The position numbers and the translations under genes were made by a program. A stretch of 64,000 bases of DNA. It comes from an uncultured Alphaproteobacteria bacterium (GTDB taxonomy: Bacteria; Pseudomonadota; Alphaproteobacteria; Rhizobiales; CAWCWK01). The stretch spans positions 1,230,910 through 1,294,909 of the forward strand of contig CAWJFE010000005.1 of NCBI GenBank assembly GCA_963842125.1. The letters are read 5' to 3'. The notes beneath the pieces are model-generated. The model was not told the DNA's origin, did no database searches, and saw only the letters and a list, made by a program, of their open reading frames with translations. Within the stretch, counting starts at the first letter, position 1; the number at the start of each line of letters is the position of its first letter. Shown here piece by piece: positions 33,354 to 49,237 of the stretch.

Positions 33354-33821
33354 ATGTCGGACGAGCCCGAACGAAGAGAACTGGGCGCGGTCGATATCGG
33401 CGAGATCCTGAAGCTCCTGCCCCACCGCTACCCGCTGCTCCTCGTCGATCGCATCATCGAGATGGACCGAGACGAGTCGTGCATCGGTATCAAGAACGTG
33501 ACGGCGAACGAGCCGCACTTCCAGGGTCACTTCCCCGACAAGCCCATTATGCCGGGCGTTCTTCTCATCGAGGCGATGGCCCAGACGGCGGGCGCGCTCT
33601 GCCTGTGGAATGGCGGGCAAACGGCCGCGCCGCAGGCCGTGTATTTCATGACGATCGACAACGCGAAATTTCGCAGGCCCGTCGTGCCTGGTGATCAGGT
33701 CCGGTTTCACATGACGAAGCTGCGTCAGCGACGTGCGATGTGGTGGTTCAAGGGCGAGGCCAAGGTCGACGGGGTCCTCGTCGCGGAGGCGGAGGTCGGC
33801 GCGATGCTGACGGACCTCTAG
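33354..33821 (+). CDS. fabZ: 3-hydroxyacyl-ACP dehydratase
   Basis: [32 protein letters not shown]. Confidence 0.97.
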   Translation: MSDEPERRELGAVDIGEILKLLPHRYPLLLVDRIIEMDRDESCIGIKNVTANEPHFQGHFPDKPIMPGVLLIEAMAQTAGALCLWNGGQTAAPQAVYFMTIDNAKFRRPVVPGDQVRFHMTKLRQRRAMWWFKGEAKVDGVLVAEAEVGAMLTDL

Positions 33822-33824
33822 CCG

Positions 33825-34616
33825 ATGTCTCTCATTCATCCAACGGCCATCATCGAGCCTGGCGCTTCCCTCGGCGACGGGGTGACGGTCGGTCCGTTCT
33901 GCCATATCGGCGCACAGGTAAAGCTCGGCGCGAACAGCGCTCTGACTTCGCATGTCGTGATCGCGGGCGACACCGAGATAGGCGAGGGCGCTCAGCTGTT
34001 CTCCTTCGCTGCCGTCGGCCTTGCCCCCCAGGATCTGAAATATAGGGGTGAAGAGACGCGACTTCGGATCGGCGCGCGGGCCATCGTTCGCGAGAACGTG
34101 ACGATCAATCCGGGTACGGCTGGCGGGATCGGCGAGACGACCATCGGAGACGACTGCGCCTTCCTGGCCTGCGCCCATATCGCTCACGACTGCCGGATCG
34201 GCGATGGCTGCATCATCGTCAACAATGCGATGATCGCCGGGCACTGCACCCTTGGCGACCATGTCATCGTCGGCGGCGGGGCCGGCGTACACCAGTTCGT
34301 CCGCGTCGGAGACCACGCCTTTGTCGGCGGTCTCTCCGGCGTCGAGAACGACGTGATCCCGTTCGCATCCGCCATCGGCAACCGTGCACAACTTGGCGGG
34401 CTCAACCTCGTGGGGCTTAAACGGCGTGGGTTCGAGCGAGCGGATATCCATGCATTGCGAGCCGCTTACGCGCTGCTCTTCTCGGACGAGGGAAGCCAGA
34501 CGGACCGTATCGAAGCCCTGAAGACGCGCTATGGCGGCACGCCAGCCGTCGATACGCTCATCGCGTTCGTGTCCGAAGGCGGCCAGCGGGCTCTCTGCAC
34601 ACCCCGCCAGAAATGA
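33825..34616 (+). CDS. lpxA: Acyl-ACP--UDP-N-acetylglucosamine O-acyltransferase
   Basis: IHPTAII, PQDLKY, HIAHDC, VHQFVR. Confidence 0.97.
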   Translation: MSLIHPTAIIEPGASLGDGVTVGPFCHIGAQVKLGANSALTSHVVIAGDTEIGEGAQLFSFAAVGLAPQDLKYRGEETRLRIGARAIVRENVTINPGTAGGIGETTIGDDCAFLACAHIAHDCRIGDGCIIVNNAMIAGHCTLGDHVIVGGGAGVHQFVRVGDHAFVGGLSGVENDVIPFASAIGNRAQLGGLNLVGLKRRGFERADIHALRAAYALLFSDEGSQTDRIEALKTRYGGTPAVDTLIAFVSEGGQRALCTPRQK

Positions 34617-35452
34617 CGCCGCCGAGCCGTCCGCTCGGCATCTTCGCAGGTAGCGGACGCCTGCCCCGCTACCTCGGCGACGCCGCCACGCGGGCCAACC
34701 GTGCGGTCACCGTCCTCCGCTTGCATGGCGAAACCGATGAGCCGTTCGACGATTTCGATGCGCATGAGGTGCGCTTCGGTGAGTTCGGACGGATCACCAA
34801 ACTCCTAGCCGCTGCCGGCGTGTCGGAGATCGTCTTTGCCGGGGGTGTCCACCGCCCGTCCATCGGATCGATCCGGCCGGATTGGGGTGGATTGCAGCTC
34901 ATGCCGAAGCTTCCCCGCCTACTCATGGGCGGTGACGATGCGCTCCTTCGGAAAGTTGCCGACCTTCTTGCGGAGTACGGTCTGACGCTCATCTCCCCAC
35001 TTCAAATCGCCCCGGAACTCTCTGCAGAACCGGGACTTATTGCCGGTTCATTACCCACCCCAACGGACGAAGCCGAGATCTCGGTTGGCGCTTCCACCGC
35101 CAGAGGGCTGGGAGATGTGGACGCCGGTCAGAGCGTTATCGTGGAGCGCGGCCGTGCCATCGCTCTCGAAGGCATCGAAGGTACGGACGCCATGATCACC
35201 CGCGCTGGTGCCCTTCGTGCGTCCGGACGCTGGCGGACAGGCGAACGGTCGGGCGTTCTCGTAAAGACGGCGAAACCGTCGCAGGATATGCGACTCGACG
35301 TGCCGACCATCGGGCCGGATACCGTTCGGGCTGCCGCGTCCGCCGGCTTGCTCGGAATCGCCGTCGAGGCAGGGCGGGTGATGATCCTCGAACGTCCGGA
35401 GGTCGAGACGCTCGCGAGGGAGCACGCGCTATTCCTCTGGGGAATACCGTGA
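34613..35452 (+). CDS. lpxI: UDP-2,3-diacylglucosamine diphosphatase LpxI
   Basis: [35 protein letters not shown]; lies between lpxA and lpxB. Confidence 0.92.
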   Translation: MTPPSRPLGIFAGSGRLPRYLGDAATRANRAVTVLRLHGETDEPFDDFDAHEVRFGEFGRITKLLAAAGVSEIVFAGGVHRPSIGSIRPDWGGLQLMPKLPRLLMGGDDALLRKVADLLAEYGLTLISPLQIAPELSAEPGLIAGSLPTPTDEAEISVGASTARGLGDVDAGQSVIVERGRAIALEGIEGTDAMITRAGALRASGRWRTGERSGVLVKTAKPSQDMRLDVPTIGPDTVRAAASAGLLGIAVEAGRVMILERPEVETLAREHALFLWGIP

Positions 35453-36604
35453 CGGAACTCCATGTCTGCATCATCGTCGGCGAGGAATCCGGGGACGCGA
35501 TGGGTGCGGCCATCGTGCGTGCTCTCCGGGCTAGGTTCGGCTCCGATATCCATCTCCGGATCAGTGGAACGGGCGGCGACGCGTTGGACGCGGAGGGCCT
35601 CCAGTCAATCTTCCCGCTGTCTGACATCGCCGTCATGGGCATCAGCGCGGTCATTGGCCGATTGTCCCTCATCCTTCGGCGCATCGCGGACGCGGCTCGG
35701 CACGTCACGGAGGCGAAGCCCGACCTGCTCCTGGTAATCGATAGTCCAGACTTCACGCACCGGGTCGCAAAACGAGTTCGGCGGGCCGAGCCGACTATCC
35801 CGATCATCAAGATCGTCTCACCCAGCGTCTGGGCCTGGCGACCGGGTCGCGCCAAGGCGATGGCAGCCTATGTCGATCGTTTGCTGGCGATCCTACCGTT
35901 CGAGCCAGCCGTGCACGAACGCCTCGGCGGACCCCCGACGACGTACATCGGCCACCCGCTGATAGAATGTCTAGACGAACTGCGCCCGCCACACAGCGGC
36001 GCGGCAGAGATCGCGCCCGACGCCCCCATCCTCATTCTGCCCGGCAGCCGCGGAGGGGAAATCGAACGCCATATGTCGCTGTTCGGAGAGGTCGCAGACC
36101 GGATTGCGGCGCATCATCCGGGCCTCGAGTTCGTCCTCCCAGCTGTCCCACGCGTGCGCGGTGCCGTCGAAGAGGCGCTTCGCGGTTGGTCGCAGGCGGT
36201 TCGCATGGTCGAACCTGCGGACAAGTATGAAGCCATGCGGACGGCTCGCGCTGCGCTGGCGGTCTCCGGCACGGTAACGCTGGAACTTGCTCTGGCGCGT
36301 CTCCCGATGGTGGTGGCCTATAAGCTCGACCCGATCGTCGCGCGCCTGCGTTGGCTAGGATCGGTACCCTCGATCGTGCTGCCCAATCTCGTGATCGGGC
36401 GGAACGCGTTTCCAGAGTTCGTCCACGAGGACGCCACGGTCGACGCGCTATCGGAGGCACTTCTGCCGTTGCTCGAACGCGGACCAGCGCGGGACGCTCA
36501 ACTTGTCGCGGCAGACGAGGTCGTCGCCGCGATGGTCGGCGATGGCACCGCGCCGAGCGACATCGCCGCAAGCGCCATCATCGACCTCCTTGGCGAACGC
36601 GGTG

Positions 36605-36621
<17 letters not shown>
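35449..36621 (+). CDS. lpxB: Lipid-A-disaccharide synthase
   Basis: [32 protein letters not shown]. Confidence 0.96.
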
Positions 36622-37894
<1,273 letters not shown>

Positions 37895-37985
37895 AGGATT
37901 TTCCCCGGTCTGCATCGTAGTGTGGACGGTGCCATTTCGCACCTGCGGTATCGGATTTGCGGGTAGCCGGCAAGCGCTCGCGCAG

Positions 37986-39413
37986 TCACGTCGGGTTCGG
38001 AGCGGCGCAGTCGGCCAGCCGCGCAAGGCTCTCCTCGCGCCCCAGAACGAGGAGCACGTCGAAGATTCCAGGCGACGTCGTCTTGCCGGTCAACGCAGCA
38101 CGAAGCGGCTGCGCCACCTTGCCTAGCTTGAGATCGACAGCCTCCGCATAGGCGCGAGTTTCGCCCTCCAGCGCATCGGCCGTCCAGAGCTCGAGCGCTG
38201 CGAACCGCGCCGCGAGTTCGGCGATCGTCGCTCTGCCGGTCTGGTCGAGAAGCTTGGCGGCCTTTTCGTCCGGCGTCAGCGGTCGCTCCGTCCAGAGGAA
38301 GCGCGACGCGTCGACCAATTCGACGAGCGTCTTCGCGCGCTCCTGCAAGCTCGGCATCGCCGCCCGCAACTGAATGACGCGTGCATCGGTCATCGCCAAC
38401 GCCATCTCATCGCCGCCCGGGAGATGGGGAAGGGTGGCTAGGAACGTGCGCGTCAGGACGTCCGCTCCGGTCTCGCGCATGTAGATGCCGTTGAGGTTCT
38501 CCAGCTTCTTGAAGTCGATCCGCGCAGGGGATTTCCCCATCCCATCAAGGCCGAACCACTCCAGCATTTGCTGCTCGGACAGGATTTCTTCGTCCCCGTG
38601 GGCCCAGCCCAGGCGCACGAGATAGTTGCGCAGTGCCGCCGGCAGGTAGCCCATCGCGCGATAGGCCTCGATTCCGAGCGCACCGTGTCGCTTGGACAGC
38701 TTCGCGCCATCCGGCCCGTGAATGAGCGGAACGTGCGCCATCGCCGGCGCCGGCCAGCCCAGCAGATCGTAGATCGCGATCTGACGCGCGGCGTTGGTGA
38801 GATGGTCATCGCCGCGCAGGATCTGCGTGACGCCCATGTCGTGATCGTCGACGACGACGGAGAGCATATAGGTGGGCGTGCCGTCACTGCGAAGAAGGAT
38901 GAGGTCGTCCAACTCCTTGTTCTGGATCGCGACATCGCCCTGAACGCCGTCCCGGATGATCGTGGCACCGTCCTTCGGCATACGCAGGCGAATGGTGTGC
39001 GGGCGGTCGGGAGCCTCCGAGGCATCTCGATCGCGCCAGAGGCCGTCATAGCGAGGAGGGCGGCCCTCGGCTCGCGCGGTCTCCCGCATGGCCGTCAGCT
39101 CTTCGGCCGTCGCATAGCAGCGGTAGGCGTTGCCGGCCTTCAGAAGCGAGGCGGCGATCTCGGCGTGCCTCTGTTGGCGTTGCGACTGGAAGACGACGTC
39201 GCCGTCCCACTCGAGTCCGAGCCAGCGCAGTCCATCGAGAATCGCATCGACGGCCTCTTGGGTCGAGCGCGCCTTGTCCGTGTCCTCGACGCGAAGGAGG
39301 AACCGTCCGCCATTGGCGCGGGCAAGGAGATAATTGAAGAGTGCGGTTCGCGCGCCTCCGATGTGGAGAAATCCCGTGGGCGATGGCGCGAATCGCGTTA
39401 CGACGTTTGACAT
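37986..39413 (-). CDS. gltX: Glutamate--tRNA ligase
   Basis: [14 protein letters not shown] (HIGH-like) and KLSKR. Confidence 0.97.
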   Translation of the reverse strand: MSNVVTRFAPSPTGFLHIGGARTALFNYLLARANGGRFLLRVEDTDKARSTQEAVDAILDGLRWLGLEWDGDVVFQSQRQQRHAEIAASLLKAGNAYRCYATAEELTAMRETARAEGRPPRYDGLWRDRDASEAPDRPHTIRLRMPKDGATIIRDGVQGDVAIQNKELDDLILLRSDGTPTYMLSVVVDDHDMGVTQILRGDDHLTNAARQIAIYDLLGWPAPAMAHVPLIHGPDGAKLSKRHGALGIEAYRAMGYLPAALRNYLVRLGWAHGDEEILSEQQMLEWFGLDGMGKSPARIDFKKLENLNGIYMRETGADVLTRTFLATLPHLPGGDEMALAMTDARVIQLRAAMPSLQERAKTLVELVDASRFLWTERPLTPDEKAAKLLDQTGRATIAELAARFAALELWTADALEGETRAYAEAVDLKLGKVAQPLRAALTGKTTSPGIFDVLLVLGREESLARLADCAAPNPT

Positions 39414-39437
39414 GAAAGTTCTCTTGAGCGGCGGCGC

Positions 39438-41630
39438 ATGCTGCCGCCCGCCGATCGACAGTCGGGCGGGTGGCCCTACGGCTCGGCGCAGGTCACAGCG
39501 GGGAATGACGTGAGGGCCGGCGGGGTCACCGTCCCGATGCCCGTCCTTCGTAGCACGGGGCCGCGACCCGGTGTAGTGGGCCGAACGTCATGGGTCGAAC
39601 GAGCGCGAGCGATCGTGCGAGACGACTGGGCGAGGGTGGCCTCCAGCGGTCGGGTCTATCTCCTTGCGCCGGTCTGCCTTGCGGCGGGCATCCTCATCTA
39701 TTTCAACCTTCCGCACGAGCCGGCGGCGCTTTTAACGGCGGTCGTCGCGTCTGGAATTGGCTGGTTTGGCCGGCGCTACCTCGTGCTTCGGGGCGTCGCG
39801 CTCCTCGTCGCCGGCATCGCATTGCCGGCCCTGCACGCCGCATGGATGGGGCCACTTCCGAGAACCTTGCCCGATGGACCACGCTCGCTGACGGGTGTGA
39901 TCGAGCGGATCGAGGGAAGGGAAAGCGGCGAGCGGATCACGCTTCGAATCATCTCCGGGGTAAGGGGTGCGAACCGGGTCCTTCTGACTGCGCGCGAACG
40001 GACGGGCGCCGCCGTCGGGAGGCCCGCCCGTGTCGTGGCGATCCTCAATAGGGCGCCCGGCCCGGTTTTGCCTGGCCACTACGACCATGCCCGTCGTCTC
40101 TATTTCGCCGGTGTTGACGCCATGGGCGTTCTCATCGCCGGTCCGTTTCCTGCGGCACCCGGCCCGACGATCCTCCTGGACCGCGGCCGCGCCTTCATCG
40201 CCGACATCAGGGCCGTCATCGCAGGGCGCATTGATGGCGTGCTGTCGGGACAGTCGGCCGCGATGGCGACCGCCCTTCTTACCGGAGAACGCGGCGGGCT
40301 CTCGACGGAGACGCTGGAGGCCATGCGCGGCTCGGGGCTCGCGCACGTATTGGCGATATCGGGCATGCATATGGGGCTCTTCTGCATGTCCCTTTTCGCC
40401 GTCCTGCGCGCATCATTCTCCATGGCAAGCCTTGCGGGGCGGTCGCTACCGGCGAAGAAGCTGGCGGCCATCGGGGCCCTTGCGGGCGGAACCTTCTACC
40501 TCGCGATCTCCGGCGGTCAGATCGCCACGCAAAGGGCGTATATCATGGTCGCCATCGCCTGCGTGGCTATCCTGCTCGATCGGCCGGCATTGACCTTGCG
40601 CAATGTCGCGACCGCGGCCCTAGTCGTTCTTGCGATCTCGCCCGAAAGCCTCCTCGGCGCGAGTTTCCAAATGTCGTTCGCGGCCACCATCGCACTCGTC
40701 GCCGTTTACGAGCGATGGAACGGGCGTGCGCGTGCCAGCGAGACGGCGCTGGCCGTCCCCGGACAAAAGGCCGCGACCTTGTTCGTGACGTCGCTCACGG
40801 CTGGTCTCGCTACCGCGCCCTATGCCGTCTTCCACTTTCATCGACTCGCGGCGTTCAGCCTCGCGGCAAACCTCGCCGCGATGCCTATCGTCACCGTCGC
40901 CATCATGCCGGCTGGTCTCGCGAGCTTCCTCGCGATGCCCTTCGGCCTGGAAACTCTTCCGCTCATCGTCATGGGGGCCGGAATCGACGGGCTGCTCTAC
41001 GTGGCCACGACCGTATCGGAGTGGCCAGGGGCGATGCGCGCCATGCCGCCACTCGTACCTATGGGACTCGCCATCGGATCGTTGGGGCTTTATCTAGCCA
41101 CCACTCTCCGCGGCCTTGCGCCAATGATCGCAGGGGCTATCGTACTCGCTATAGCAGCAGGCATCCAGTTCGATCACGCGTCACCGCCGATCATCGTCGC
41201 CGAAAACGGCAAGACCTTTGCGGTGCGGCAAGTGGACGAGAGTCTGGTAACGACAGGCGGCCGCTTTTCGGCATTCACAGATGCGCGGTGGTCCGACGCC
41301 GAGGCTTTCAAAGGGCCGATAACCGAGGAAAGCCCGAGCCCCGCCTTCACTACCGACTGCGATCGGACCCAGTGTCTCTATCGTGACGAACGATACGCCA
41401 TTCACTCCGCCTGGGACCCGGCAGCCGTCATGTCGGCTTGCCTGACCGAGGTGATCCTCATAACCCCGCTACCCCGTCCGCCGGACTGTCCGATCCCCAC
41501 GCTGATCGTAGCCCCGGCCATGCTCGGGTCCGGCACTCTCCTGATCGATCCCTCGGCACTAGATCGTCCAATCCGGACTGCGACACCCCACGACCGCCCA
41601 TGGCGGGCCCGGGACATCTCTCGCCCCTAA
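39438..41630 (+). CDS. comEC: ComEC/Rec2 competence protein (start uncertain)
   Basis: [30 protein letters not shown]; divergent from gltX. Confidence 0.9.
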   Translation: MLPPADRQSGGWPYGSAQVTAGNDVRAGGVTVPMPVLRSTGPRPGVVGRTSWVERARAIVRDDWARVASSGRVYLLAPVCLAAGILIYFNLPHEPAALLTAVVASGIGWFGRRYLVLRGVALLVAGIALPALHAAWMGPLPRTLPDGPRSLTGVIERIEGRESGERITLRIISGVRGANRVLLTARERTGAAVGRPARVVAILNRAPGPVLPGHYDHARRLYFAGVDAMGVLIAGPFPAAPGPTILLDRGRAFIADIRAVIAGRIDGVLSGQSAAMATALLTGERGGLSTETLEAMRGSGLAHVLAISGMHMGLFCMSLFAVLRASFSMASLAGRSLPAKKLAAIGALAGGTFYLAISGGQIATQRAYIMVAIACVAILLDRPALTLRNVATAALVVLAISPESLLGASFQMSFAATIALVAVYERWNGRARASETALAVPGQKAATLFVTSLTAGLATAPYAVFHFHRLAAFSLAANLAAMPIVTVAIMPAGLASFLAMPFGLETLPLIVMGAGIDGLLYVATTVSEWPGAMRAMPPLVPMGLAIGSLGLYLATTLRGLAPMIAGAIVLAIAAGIQFDHASPPIIVAENGKTFAVRQVDESLVTTGGRFSAFTDARWSDAEAFKGPITEESPSPAFTTDCDRTQCLYRDERYAIHSAWDPAAVMSACLTEVILITPLPRPPDCPIPTLIVAPAMLGSGTLLIDPSALDRPIRTATPHDRPWRARDISRP

Positions 41631-42313
41631 TAGCGGCGAACGAGGCCGACGAGGCGACCCTGAATGCGGACTTCGTCCGGCCCGTATATGCGGGTTTCAT
41701 ACAACGGATTCTCGGCCTCGAGTGCGATAGAACCACCCTTGCGCCGGAGCCGCTTCAGCGTCGCCTCGTGATCCTCCACGAGCGCCACGACGATCTCGCC
41801 ATTATCCGCAGAATCCGTCCGCTGGATGACCACGGTATCGCCATCGAGAATGCCGGCCTCGATCATCGAGTCGCCCTTCACCTCCAACGCGAAATGTTCG
41901 CCGCCCCGTAGCATGTCTGGCGGCACCGGGATCGACTGCGCCTGACTTTCGATCGCCTCTATGGGTACACCGGCCGCAATTCGACCGATCAGCGGCACGC
42001 TCGCGCCATCGAACTTAGGAGCAGAAGCCGCCGCGTCGCGCCCGCGTCCACCAGACCCTTCGATGACCTCGGGCACGAAGCCTCTTCGACGGGGCATCGA
42101 CTTAGGCACCTTCAGGACTTCGATCGCACGCGCGCGGTGAGGAAGGCGGCGAATGAAGCCCCGCTCTTCCAGAGCCGTGATCAGCCGGTGAATACCCGAC
42201 TTCGATTTGAGTTCGAGCGCATCCTTCATCTCGTCGAAGGACGGCGGAACGCCGGTTTCGTTCAACCGGTCGTTGATGAACTTGAGGAGATCGTGCTGCT
42301 TGCTCGTCAACAT
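41627..42313 (-). CDS. lexA: SOS repressor LexA
   Basis: [17 protein letters not shown] cleavage site, GDSM, ATLKR. Confidence 0.97.
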   Translation of the reverse strand: MLTSKQHDLLKFINDRLNETGVPPSFDEMKDALELKSKSGIHRLITALEERGFIRRLPHRARAIEVLKVPKSMPRRRGFVPEVIEGSGGRGRDAAASAPKFDGASVPLIGRIAAGVPIEAIESQAQSIPVPPDMLRGGEHFALEVKGDSMIEAGILDGDTVVIQRTDSADNGEIVVALVEDHEATLKRLRRKGGSIALEAENPLYETRIYGPDEVRIQGRLVGLVRRY

Positions 42314-42337
42314 GGCGCTACCGCTGCGATTCGGGAT

Positions 42338-42373
42338 GTTCGTACCTGTACGCTAAATGTTCCGCATGCGTTC
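42338..42373 (-). promoter_or_regulatory. Alphaproteobacterial SOS (LexA) box array
   Basis: Plus strand GTTC-N6-GTAC-N7-GTTC-N7-GTTC; perfect GTTC-N7-GTTC at 42359-42373, just upstream of lexA. Confidence 0.85.
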
Positions 42374-42448
42374 TGCAAGTCGCCGAGGTTCGGATCCTCC
42401 AATCTGAGGTCGCTAAAAGGTTAGGGAGACCCCAAACCGGTTTTGCGA

Positions 42449-43228
42449 TCAGATCGCCAGAACGAGGTTCCGGGCGGCGGCCGCGACGTCCGCCTGCCGC
42501 ATCAAAGTCTCTCCGACCAGAAACGTCGTCACGCCGATCGCGGCCATGCGATGAATGTCTCCAGCCTCGGCGATACCGCTCTCGGTGACGATCAAGCGAT
42601 CGGCCGGGATGGCGCCCGCGAGGGCTTCCGTGGTGCCGAGATCGGTGGCGAAGGTGCGTAGGTCGCGATTGTTGATGCCGATAAGGGGGGCAGGCAGCGT
42701 CAGGGCGCGGTCCAGTTCGGCGCGGTCGTGAACCTCGACGAGAACATCCATCCCGTGATCGTCGGCGGTGGCGATGAGGTCGGCTGCGAGGGCGTCGGTG
42801 ACGGCCGCCATGATGACGAGAATGGCGTCGGCGCCCATTGCCCGTGCCTCGGCCACCTGCGCGACGTCGATCATGAAATCCTTGCGTAAGACGGGAAGTG
42901 CGCAGGCGGCACGGGCCGCGCGCAGCGCCGCTTCGCTGCCCTGGAAAGATGGCCCGTCCGTTAGTACCGAAAGACACGTCGCGCCGCCGGTTTCATAGGC
43001 GCTTGCGATGGCAGCGGGGTCGAAGTCCTGTCGGATTATGCCCTTGGATGGGCTCGCTTTCTTCACCTCTGCGATCAAACCGATACGGCCTGCATCGGCA
43101 GCGCTTCGGAGGGCCTGGTAGAACCCACGCGGCGGGGTAGCGGGGGCCACATCCGGGACGGGTCCGGCTTTGAGCGCAGCCACTTCTTCGCGCTTGTAGG
43201 CCAAGATGCGATCGAGGGCGGTCGTCAT
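42449..43228 (-). CDS. trpC: Indole-3-glycerol phosphate synthase
   Basis: [28 protein letters not shown]. Confidence 0.97.
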   Translation of the reverse strand: MTTALDRILAYKREEVAALKAGPVPDVAPATPPRGFYQALRSAADAGRIGLIAEVKKASPSKGIIRQDFDPAAIASAYETGGATCLSVLTDGPSFQGSEAALRAARAACALPVLRKDFMIDVAQVAEARAMGADAILVIMAAVTDALAADLIATADDHGMDVLVEVHDRAELDRALTLPAPLIGINNRDLRTFATDLGTTEALAGAIPADRLIVTESGIAEAGDIHRMAAIGVTTFLVGETLMRQADVAAAARNLVLAI

Positions 43229-44250
43229 GCCTTGCTCGCCTCGCGGGAAGCAGCGGCGAAGCGCAGGAGGACATCCTGCGCGGTTCCATCGTCGATGCGG
43301 GTCGCGGCAAGCGCCGCACCTTCGTGGAGGGAACCGACGGCGTCGGCCATCAAGAGAGCGGCGGCGGTGTTGAGAATGACGATATCGCGATAGGCGCCGG
43401 GCGTGCCGTCCAGAACGGCTTGGAGAGCGGCAGCGTTGTGCGCGGCATTTCCGCCCTTCAGCGCAGCCATCTCGGCGCGGGGCAGGCCAGCGTCTTCGGG
43501 CGTTATCTCGAAGGTGCGGATCTCGCCGGCCTTGAGTTCAGCCACCAGGGTGGAGCCGGTCGTCGTGATCTCGTCGAGGCCCTGGCCGTGGACGACCCAG
43601 GCCGAGCGGATGCCGAGGTCGCGCGCGACGTGGGCGAGCGGCTCGACCCACTGCGGCGCGAAGACCCCGAGCAGCATGCGGGTCGCGCCCGCCGGGTTGG
43701 AGAGCGGACCGAGAAGATTGAAGATGGTCCGGGTGCCGATCTCCGCTCGGGCAGGCCCAACGTGTCGCATCGCCGAATGGTGGAGGGGCGCGAACATGAA
43801 GCCGAGGCCGGTCTTGCGGATGCAATCGGCGATCCCGACCGGTGCGAGATCGATATCCACACCGAGGGCGGCCAGCGTGTCGGCAGCGCCTGAGCGGGAG
43901 GAAAGAGCGCGGTTCCCATGCTTGGCGACGGTGAGCCCGCAGGCCGCCGCGACGATGGCGCTGCAGGTCGACACGTTGTAGGAGCCCGATGCATCGCCAC
44001 CCGTGCCGACGATATCGATAGCGTCGGCCGGCGCATCGACGCGGCGCATCTTCGCGCGCATCACATCGACCGCACCGACGATTTCCTCGACCCGTTCGCC
44101 GCGTACGCGAAGAGACATGAGAAACGCGCCGATCTGCGCCGGGGTCGCACCACCGGACATGATCGTCTCGAAAGCGCCCGACGCGTCCTCCCGGGAGAGG
44201 ATCTCCCCCTGTGCGAGGCGGGCGAGAACGGGTTTCAAGTCATCGGACAT
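43225..44250 (-). CDS. trpD: Anthranilate phosphoribosyltransferase
   Basis: [33 protein letters not shown]. Confidence 0.97.
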   Translation of the reverse strand: MSDDLKPVLARLAQGEILSREDASGAFETIMSGGATPAQIGAFLMSLRVRGERVEEIVGAVDVMRAKMRRVDAPADAIDIVGTGGDASGSYNVSTCSAIVAAACGLTVAKHGNRALSSRSGAADTLAALGVDIDLAPVGIADCIRKTGLGFMFAPLHHSAMRHVGPARAEIGTRTIFNLLGPLSNPAGATRMLLGVFAPQWVEPLAHVARDLGIRSAWVVHGQGLDEITTTGSTLVAELKAGEIRTFEITPEDAGLPRAEMAALKGGNAAHNAAALQAVLDGTPGAYRDIVILNTAAALLMADAVGSLHEGAALAATRIDDGTAQDVLLRFAAASREASKA

Positions 44251-44265
44251 CGCTGTTCTCGTGCC

Positions 44266-46119
44266 TCAGCCTTCACCGAGCGTGGCGCGCAGCGCGGCCT
44301 CGTTCGTCTCCACGCCAACGATGTCGCGGACCGCGTCTATATACTGCGCGAGGAGATCTTCGCCGAGGCCGACCTCGGGCGGAACGTCGTCGCCGGCGTC
44401 CGGAATGGCTGCATCCAACACCTGAAAGACGATGCGATCGGAGCCGTTGGCGGCGACGGCAGAGGCGGTCCCTCCGAGCGGTGTCGTGAACACCTGCCGT
44501 GTCGCGGCTTGGGGCAGGGCATTGCCAGACCGATCGAATGGGCCGAGATCGCGAACGGTCAGGCCACGCGCGGACGCTACGTCCGTCATTCGCGTCCCGC
44601 CAGAGACCTCTTCCGTGATCTCGCGCGCGAGGGCGGACATGGCGCCGGCGGTTTCTGCCTCGATCCAGGCCGCGACGACATCACTGCGCACCTCGTCGAG
44701 CGTGCGCTCGCGATCGGATTCGATGTCGGTGACGTGGAAGAAGAGGTAGCCTTCCCGCGTCTGGATCGGATCGGGTTCGAAATCCGTCTCGGCCTCGAAG
44801 ACCGCCGGCAAGACCGTCTGCGCGGAGGGAAGCTCGGCGGTAGAGCCCGCCTTGGCCACGCCCGTGCGATCGATTGCCTCGACGGACACCAGCTCGAGTC
44901 CAAGCCGGTCGGCGATCTCCCGAAGCGTTTCGCCGGCGGCGCGGCCATCCTCGATAGCGTCGTAGCTATCGAGGATCGTCTGCCGGGCCAGCCGAAGGGC
45001 GATGTCCTGGCGAAGCTGGTCGCGCACCTCGTCGAGGGGCTGCACGGAGCCGGCTTCGATAGTATCGACCGTTACGAGGGCGGCGCCGAACGTTCCATCG
45101 ACAGGTTCGCTTACGGCACCGACCTCCAGCGCGAACGCGGCCTCGGCTATCGCGGGGTCGATCAGATCGCCCTGCGCGACGGTTCCGAGCGACACGTCGG
45201 CTGCCGATAGGCCGCGATCCGATACGATGTCGTCGAACGTCGCGCCGTCGGCGATGCGGGCCGCGGCCGCGTCGGCTTCGTCGCGCGATGGGAAGGCGAT
45301 CCGGCGAACGGACCGGCGCTCCTCGGTCGTGAAGGCCGCGCGTCGGCTCTCGTACTCTCCGGCGAGGTCGTCCTCCGACACGTCGATCGTGTCGGCCAGA
45401 TCTTCCGGCTCGATCTTGATGTAGTCGAAGCTACGATATTCGGGAGCGCGAAAGCGGTCCGCATTCTCGGCGAAGTAGGCCGTCAGGACGGCGTCGTCCG
45501 GCGTGCCTACCGGCTCGATATCGGACGCGGTCACGTCCAGCACGCGGATCGTGCGTTGCTCTAGTCGATAGCGTTCGAGCGCTGAGTCGAGCGGGGCGGG
45601 GGACGGGATGTCGGCGCGGATCGGATAGGTTAACTGAGAGCGGCCGCTGACCTGCTTTTCAAGCGCTATATACGTCGCTTCATTCAAACCGTTGGAGCGC
45701 AGGATCTGATTGAAGAGATTGCGGTCGAACTGTCCGGAGACATTTCGGAAGGCCGGCCCGTCGACGATCTCGGTCGCGAGCGCCTCGTCTGAACGGGAGA
45801 GCCCGTAGATGGTCGCGCGTTCGTCCAGCGCCGCCTCGTTGATCAGCTGATCCACTGTCTGCTGCGGGATGCCGAGGGCGCGGATCTGCTCGAGGCTGAG
45901 CGTTGTGCCGAAGTTTCGGCTGAGCTCGTTCGTGCGCCGTTGAAGGGCCGCGCGGTAGGCCTCGGGGGTTACGGTCCGCTCGCCGACCGTCGCGAGGGCG
46001 GTATTGGCGCCGCCCGTGAAGATGTCGTTGATCCCGAATAGCGCGAAGCTCAGGACGAGCAGGCCGATGAAGATCATGGCGACCCAGCCGCCGGCGAATT
46101 TCCGTAGTGCTGAGAGCAT
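44266..46119 (-). CDS. ppiD: PpiD-like peptidylprolyl isomerase/chaperone (SurA N-terminal domain)
   Basis: N-terminal membrane anchor LLVLSFALFGI, FRAPEYR, rotamase-like repeats; lies between tpiA and trpD. Confidence 0.85.
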   Translation of the reverse strand: MLSALRKFAGGWVAMIFIGLLVLSFALFGINDIFTGGANTALATVGERTVTPEAYRAALQRRTNELSRNFGTTLSLEQIRALGIPQQTVDQLINEAALDERATIYGLSRSDEALATEIVDGPAFRNVSGQFDRNLFNQILRSNGLNEATYIALEKQVSGRSQLTYPIRADIPSPAPLDSALERYRLEQRTIRVLDVTASDIEPVGTPDDAVLTAYFAENADRFRAPEYRSFDYIKIEPEDLADTIDVSEDDLAGEYESRRAAFTTEERRSVRRIAFPSRDEADAAAARIADGATFDDIVSDRGLSAADVSLGTVAQGDLIDPAIAEAAFALEVGAVSEPVDGTFGAALVTVDTIEAGSVQPLDEVRDQLRQDIALRLARQTILDSYDAIEDGRAAGETLREIADRLGLELVSVEAIDRTGVAKAGSTAELPSAQTVLPAVFEAETDFEPDPIQTREGYLFFHVTDIESDRERTLDEVRSDVVAAWIEAETAGAMSALAREITEEVSGGTRMTDVASARGLTVRDLGPFDRSGNALPQAATRQVFTTPLGGTASAVAANGSDRIVFQVLDAAIPDAGDDVPPEVGLGEDLLAQYIDAVRDIVGVETNEAALRATLGEG

Positions 46120-46304
46120 GTTCCGCCCGATCCCTCCGCCATCGACTTATGTGCGCGCAGGTCGCGCTACATCTGATGGCCTGTCCATAGTCCCTTGCGC
46201 CGGCCTGATGCCCCACATTAGAGACAGCCGCAAGGTCCGCGCGAACGCGGTCGTTCTCTCGGCGCCTTCTGCTGGCGAAACCGGGCAAAGACAGGGCGCA
46301 AGAC

Positions 46305-47024
46305 ATGCTGATCGCTGGCAACTGGAAGATGAACGGGCTCACCGCGCAACTGAGCGAGTTGCACAACGTCATCGCGGGGCTCCCTTCTTCGGGCGCCGAG
46401 GTGCTGATTTGTCCGCCGGCGACACTTGTCGGCGTCGCGGCTGAGCGAGCCGAGGGGACGAAGCTGCGGATCGGTGGACAAGACTGCCATCCGGCTGCGT
46501 CCGGCGCTCATACAGGAGATGTCTCAGCCGAAATGCTGGCGGATATCGGCGCGAAGGCCGTGATCGTCGGGCACTCCGAGCGCCGCGCCGATCACGGCGA
46601 GGACGATCCGATGGTCAAGAGCAAAGCGGAAGCGGCTGCGCGGGCGGGTCTTCGCGCGATCGTCTGCGTCGGCGAGAGCGAGGCGGATCGTGATGCGGGC
46701 CGGGAGTGGGAGGTCGTCGAGGCGCAACTCGTAGGCTCCATGCCGGAGGCGAAGCCGAGCGCGGGGCTCGTCGTCGCTTACGAACCCGTCTGGGCCATCG
46801 GCACGGGGCGCACCGCATCGAGCGACGATATTCTCGACATGCACCGCCGCATCCACGACTGGTTGGCCGGTCGGTTCGAAAGCGTGATGGTCCTTTATGG
46901 CGGTTCGGTAAAGCCTGGAAACGCCGGGGAAATCCTCGGGCTCGACGGTGTCGACGGGGCGCTCGTGGGCGGGGCCAGCCTCAAGGCCGATGATTTTCTG
47001 GCAATTGTCCGCGCGGCGGATTAG
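46305..47024 (+). CDS. tpiA: Triosephosphate isomerase
   Basis: [37 protein letters not shown]. Confidence 0.98.
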   Translation: MLIAGNWKMNGLTAQLSELHNVIAGLPSSGAEVLICPPATLVGVAAERAEGTKLRIGGQDCHPAASGAHTGDVSAEMLADIGAKAVIVGHSERRADHGEDDPMVKSKAEAAARAGLRAIVCVGESEADRDAGREWEVVEAQLVGSMPEAKPSAGLVVAYEPVWAIGTGRTASSDDILDMHRRIHDWLAGRFESVMVLYGGSVKPGNAGEILGLDGVDGALVGGASLKADDFLAIVRAAD

Positions 47025-47110
47025 GTTGCAGCAACGGGCGTCCTCGCCCATCTCTTTCTCGTCCCCCTCTTGTTTGTTGACGCGGTGAATGCCGCCGCGC
47101 GGATGTCGTC

Positions 47111-47476
47111 ATGGAAACCGTAATCATCATCGTCCATTTGCTGATCGTTGCCGCACTGATCGGCACGGTTCTGCTCCAGCGCTCCGAGGGCGGCGCGCTC
47201 GGCATGGGTGGAGGCGGTGGAGGTGGCGGCGGTCTCATGACCGGGCGTGGTACGGCCAATGCGCTGACGCGCGCCACGGCCTATCTCGCGGTCGCCTTCT
47301 TCGCGACCAGCCTGACGCTTGCGATCATCGCAGGGCAGGGGCGCACGACGGTTTCGCCGTTCGATGGTATCGAATCGTCGGCCGAGGGTGGATCGGGCGG
47401 CGTTCTCGACGCGTTGCAGCAGTTGCAGGGCGATGCGCCTACGGCGGACGGACCCCAGGTTCCGACGAGCCAGTAG
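47111..47476 (+). CDS. secG: Preprotein translocase subunit SecG
   Basis: VLLQRSEGGALG, RGTANALTRAT. Confidence 0.95.
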   Translation: METVIIIVHLLIVAALIGTVLLQRSEGGALGMGGGGGGGGGLMTGRGTANALTRATAYLAVAFFATSLTLAIIAGQGRTTVSPFDGIESSAEGGSGGVLDALQQLQGDAPTADGPQVPTSQ

Positions 47477-47517
47477 GCCCCGCCGCACTTCGTAGAATTT
47501 CTCCGGGGCCGTTCTGA

Positions 47518-49182
<1,665 letters not shown>

Positions 49183-49237
49183 TAGACGGCCGTTGCCGCA
49201 ACGCGGCGTTCCGGTTCAACGAGACGAGGTCCGCGAC

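Noticed and set aside
43225-44266. No trpG/trpE beside trpD-trpC
   Set aside because: Expected for Rhizobiales, which usually carry a fused trpE(G) elsewhere.
47207-47233. Nine-glycine run in SecG
   Set aside because: Mixed codons in a loop that is normally Gly-rich; not a slippage repeat.
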